From positions 124,001 through 188,000 of the forward strand of contig MU005983.1 in the NCBI GenBank assembly GCA_010093745.1: DNA of 64,000 bases, read 5' to 3'. Origin of the DNA: Piedraia hortae CBS 480.64 (taxonomy: Eukaryota). A program made the position numbers and the translations under genes. Below, one piece after another: positions 59,801-64,000 of the stretch (its first letter is position 1; each line of letters begins with the position of its first letter). A model generated the notes under the pieces. That model did not search any database, was not told where the DNA came from, and saw only the letters and a list, made by a program, of their open reading frames with translations.

Positions 59801-61969
59801 CTACCAATGCCACATGCACTTGTAATGTAGAATCCTGGCACCCAGACGGTCGTATTCCAGAGGAGAAATCCAACTGTCGTTGGTCATGCGCAGTTTTCCA
59901 AATACGCTGCCGCCTTTCCAGACCACGACGGCGGGATCCAGTTCGCGCGGCGGCGGAGCGACGAGAATTTCTTTGGGAAACTGCGGCATTGATGCACGCA
60001 GCAATTCCTCGAGGTATGAGCCGAGATGGGGCGTTTTTGAGGCCCCGCCCGTTAGCATGATGCTGCCTAGGAAATCGCGTCGTCGACGCTCATCTTTGCC
60101 GCTCGCGTGGTTGATTGATGTTATGATTGCCTCGTGTAGGGGTGCGATAGGAACTTTACGCTCAAGCACTTCTGCGTTGAGAAGGTCGTGTTTGCCCTCT
60201 CCCTCTTCGCCGTTGGCGTCCTCGCCAGGTGGCTGCGGCGTGCCTTCATCAGGCCCAGGGGAACGCGGTGGAGTCGAGCGCGGAGTTGCGTCGTCGCCGT
60301 TGACATGAGCAGGAATCGGCAGAGGTAGCTTACCTGGCGCTGCTGTGCGCAGTCTCTCCCCGCTCTGGCTGACAATGGCCAGTTGTGCCCTTGAGATGGG
60401 ATCGTTGGGCCTTCCGTTGTAGAGATCAACTGAACGCGGAATGAGTTTGTGCCGTCCGGCTAGCTTATTGGAGTTGTCGAAAATAGATGGACGAAAGTAA
60501 CCCTTCCTTGTCAGCAGAACCTAAGGGGTCGGTGGCCCAAACTTACCAATGGTGCAAGCACACCCTCGTCATACATTTTGAACGAATACTTCTTGGTCAC
60601 CTCGCCAGCCACACGCAAGTGACAGTCGTAGAGCTGAACGGCCACGTTGTCGCTGCTCAACGTTGTGTATTTCTCCTTGAGTTCTTCGGCCAGCAAGAAG
60701 TCATACTGTCGCAACAGGTTGATGTCAGCATAGTTGAATCGATCATACAACATCATCTTGATAAAAGTCTCCGTCACGTCGAAGCCGCCGAATTTGAGGT
60801 TGACGCGGGAGTCTTCGATCACCATGCCATCTTCAACACACGCAATGCTTGTTTTTTGCGCGCCCATGTCGACGATGCAAGCCATGCTGAACCCAGCTCC
60901 GAACGTGGCCGCTAATGATTCTTGCATGAAGCAGATTCTCTGAAAGCCCAAAACGCGGATGATTTCGTCAAGAATCCTCCCAACGTGCACCTTTTCATAC
61001 AGATCGGGAATGAGGAAGACGCAACTGTATTGATTCCAGTCCTTTTTGTGCGTCAAGCCCAGCAGAGACTTGATGCTTTCCTCCAAAATCAAGAAGAAGT
61101 CGGCGTCTAGTAAGTTCCGGTTCTCGTAATCATCCTCGTTCAACGTCCCATGCTGGATAGGCCAGTACAGCCGATATTTGGGCACCGAATTCTCTGGGAT
61201 GCGCAGTGCAGCTTCTCCGACAACGTAATCAGGACCCGACGAGACATTTGTCCACTCGGTCCGCGAGGGATCGCTGTGCTCCGGCACCATTTCAGGCGGG
61301 TTGGTCGAATTCCACTTGGTCACCAAGTCCCTCGAATTGGGTAACACCCTCCGCTTCTGCGCCCTGCGGCGGTTCTTGAATTCCGAGGCCATGGCATCGT
61401 ACTCTGCCGCAAACTCTTCTCCAAACCATTCGTTTGCTGGAGCATTCGGGTCGAGCTTTTGGCGTTTCGGCTTCGGCTCACCCACTTCGGCATTAGTTTT
61501 GTCAGACCTTCGGGCAACGACCATAGGCACCGTCTTGGGCAAAGCATCGGTGGCAAGTCCGAGGCGCATATACTGGCTGCCGACGTGGATAACAATCGTC
61601 TTAGAGCCGTAGTCTACGCCTGCATCGTCCATGGAAACATCAGCATCCAGGTCAGCATCTAGCTCGTGAAACGGATTGCTATCCGGCTCGGCCTGGGCTC
61701 TGATGCGGTCGACATCCACTGCGGCCTTCTTCCGGGCACTTAGCCGCTCCTCTTGCTGCAGCCGAACGGCAAGAGCCTGATCATCGCGCTTGAGAAATTC
61801 TGTGTAGTAGTTCTTCTGGTTGATCATCTGTACATGCGGCCATGAGGAGAAGCCCATGTTGTTGTCTGTCCGCTCTAAGCCTGGTGTCTGTTAGTGCTGG
61901 ATGCGTTTCAGCCTGCTCGGACATGCCTTCCTCGCGCAAAAGTGCGCGACCGCTTTTCTTACCGACCAT
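59801..61969 (-). CDS. ARP8: Actin-related protein Arp8 (INO80 complex); introns 61881-61926 (GC-AG) and ~60504-60547
   Basis: MVGKKSGRALLREEG-LERTDNNM, INQKNYYTEFLKRDDQ, QESLAATFGAG, VDMGAQKTSIACVEDG and VWKGGSV. Confidence 0.95.
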
Positions 61970-62138
61970 TGTGTCCAAGTATGGAAAGCAGCCGGTTGCT
62001 CTCCGGCGGAACGTTGTCGATCAGATAATCACACTAGTCTAATCCGGTTAAGCGTCCTTTTTTTGCAATCGCGGGGCTACCCCACCAATCAGTCAGACGA
62101 CTTCCTCTACGCGCAAAACACAGTGTACTTTGGATGCA

Positions 62139-62661
62139 ATGGCTGGTACGTTGGAGCTGCATACGGATCGTGCTCTGCTAACAATTATTTAGCACCTTTC
62201 GAAACAATAGCCGGTTCGTACACGAGCGCACGATGCGAGTGCGACAGCTGACGAAGACTGCAGAACAATTTGTTCAATTCTACTACACGACCTTTGACAA
62301 GGACAGGTCGCAGCTGGCTTCCCTCTATGGCGCAGACTCAATGCTCACGTTTGAAAAATCCCCGTGCCAGGGTGTTGCGAATATCGTCAGCAAGCTGCAG
62401 GTATGCAGCCACACGGTTGAGAAAGCCCAGGCTAACGCGATTGAGGAACTTCCTTTCCAGCAAGTCCAGCACCAAGTTGCAACACTTGACGCCCAGCCGG
62501 CCGATGCAAACGGCGCCATCCTCGTTGTTGTGACCGGAGCGCTGTTAGTGGAGGAGGAGAAGAGACCAATGAGCTACACGCAGACTTTCCAGCTCAAGCC
62601 CAGGGATGGAAGCTACTACGTCTTCAACGACGTCTTTCGTCTGGTATACCCGGCAGCGTAA
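62139..62661 (+). CDS. NTF2: Nuclear transport factor 2 (3 introns)
   Basis: QFVQFYYTTFD, SMLTFE, TLDAQP, VTGALL and YYVFNDVFRL. Confidence 0.95.
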
Positions 62662-62846
62662 GTAGATGCTAGTCACATGATCCGATGCCCTTTTGTTTTC
62701 CACGTGACCATATGCAACGGCCGCTGAGTCATGACAATCTGGGGCCAGCTCCAACATCACATCAGCCCCGAGAGCTGCCAGAAGGGGAAGCAGCGAAGAG
62801 ACGCGCAGAAAACCGATCCAATTCGACTCCAAACCAGAAAACCAAC

Positions 62847-63388
62847 ATGACGTTCGCCGATGAGCTCAAATCGCGCAACTTCAGTTCGTCTTCTGCTCCC
62901 GCTGTTTGACCCAAACTAACCAGTAACCCAAGGCATATACGGCCAATGGACGGGCGTGCTCTGCATCCTGCTGTGCTTCGCCCTCGGCATCGCCAACATC
63001 TTCCACCTTCACTGGGTCATTCTCTTCAGTGTCTTTTGCCTGTACGGTTGCCCTCGGTCTCGAACTACAACATGCTGACATGACCAGTCTCTCGTCGTTC
63101 ATCATCCTCTTTATCGAGATCCCGCTATTGCTGCGCATTTGCCCGACATCATCTCACTTTGACGCCTTCATTCGCCGCTTCGAAACAAACTACATGCGAG
63201 CATCAATCTACCTGGTGCTGTCACTCATCCAGTGGCTTTCGCTTATCGCGGCGAGCACTTCATTGATCGCCTGCGCCGTTGTCCTACTGCTTGCTGCAAT
63301 CTTCTATGCTCTTGCCGGCGTCAGAGGCCAGGCGTTTGCGAACAGCAAGGCTCTCGGCGGACAGGGCGTGGCGCAGATGATCGTTTAG
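62847..63388 (+). CDS. TVP18: Golgi membrane protein Tvp18 (2 introns)
   Basis: MTFADELKSRNFS-IYGQWTG, EIPLLLRICPTS and LGGQGVAQMIV. Confidence 0.93.
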
Positions 63389-63524
63389 ATGAGGTTGGAA
63401 GGGGATCTGGAGTATGGATTCTTTTTCCTTGGTCTCGGGCTTTCGTGTTTGTTTGTAGCAACTTTTATGGTACTATCAGTGGATCAGCGGATTGACTGCC
63501 TATAGACTCAAACCCCAATGACCC

Positions 63525-64000
63525 TTACTGCAATCGTATAGCATGTCCCAACGCTCCACCGGTGAAACCGCTCCCACCACCGCGTCCGCCGGCAAAGGCC
63601 CCTCGAGAACGTCCGCCCCTAGCGCCCGTGCGACCGCGGCCGCCGCGTGCACCGCCTTGCCGCTCAAACGTGCTCGACGAACCCTGTGCGCGCTGTTCCA
63701 GAACGCGTTCGTTGCTCTCAATGAGGCCTTGAGCTTTTTCCGCCAGCGTTAGCGCCAGAGACTGCAGGCGACTAAGCTCAACGCCCTTGCGGAAGATTAT
63801 TGCGCTGTTGACCTGATCCAGGGCGGCGGCCAAGTCCTCGTGGTAGATCATCTTGCTGACAATGCTCGTCACCTTGCTTTCCGTCAGCTCAAACGTCTCG
63901 GCCAGCTTGGCAATTTTCAGGGTGTCGGTAAAGGGCGCGTAGGTGAAGAGGAAGGTTCGCAGCCCTTCCTCCTGCATCTGCCGCTCCAGCATGCTCTTGA
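63525..64000 (-). CDS. NIP1: Translation initiation factor eIF3 subunit c, 3'-end only
   Basis: PCI-domain tail [27 protein letters not shown] and GVELSRLQ, followed by an RGG-rich end. Confidence 0.92.
   Translation of the reverse strand, partial: KSMLERQMQEEGLRTFLFTYAPFTDTLKIAKLAETFELTESKVTSIVSKMIYHEDLAAALDQVNSAIIFRKGVELSRLQSLALTLAEKAQGLIESNERVLEQRAQGSSSTFERQGGARGGRGRTGARGGRSRGAFAGGRGGGSGFTGGALGHAIRLQ

Noticed and set aside
1..64000. CRISPR arrays, rRNA genes, secondary-metabolite cluster
   Set aside because: No regularly spaced repeats, rRNA signatures or PKS/NRPS/terpene synthase genes seen.

Overview
Eukaryotic DNA from a filamentous ascomycete (Pezizomycotina). The genome is compact and gene-dense, with short (about 41-65 nt) spliceosomal introns carrying CTRAC-type branch points. 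About 28 protein-coding genes are visible. Most are housekeeping genes: NIC96, a TBC Rab-GAP, an E2 enzyme, seipin, MED17, PFK, COX16, ISN1, TRM1, Rds1-like, an SDR, LSC2, ATG22, a UNC-93-like MFS, a hexokinase-like protein, an ABC1 kinase, GatA, ARP8, NTF2, TVP18 and eIF3c. There are also two orphan secreted proteins. Gene-poor islands (about 11.1-19.0, 23.4-26.4, 29.8-32.7, 38.3-40.5 and 54.0-57.2 kb) hold decayed mobile DNA: a full-length Tc1/mariner element with TIRs and TA duplication, a LINE RT fragment, probable Helitron and MULE remnants, a truncated kinase paralog and an IPI3-like fragment. The most unusual signal is a recurrent non-coding motif of about 95 nt with a conserved multi-helix fold and covarying stems. 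It occurs at 11557, at 15658, in the leader of the Tc1 transposase (18380, minus strand) and possibly at 56284. The two intergenic copies are each followed by about 1.2 kb of hairpin-dense non-coding sequence, one including a 620-bp fold-back. This could be an undescribed structured RNA or element family; its function cannot be determined from sequence alone. All gene calls are by motif recognition, not database search.
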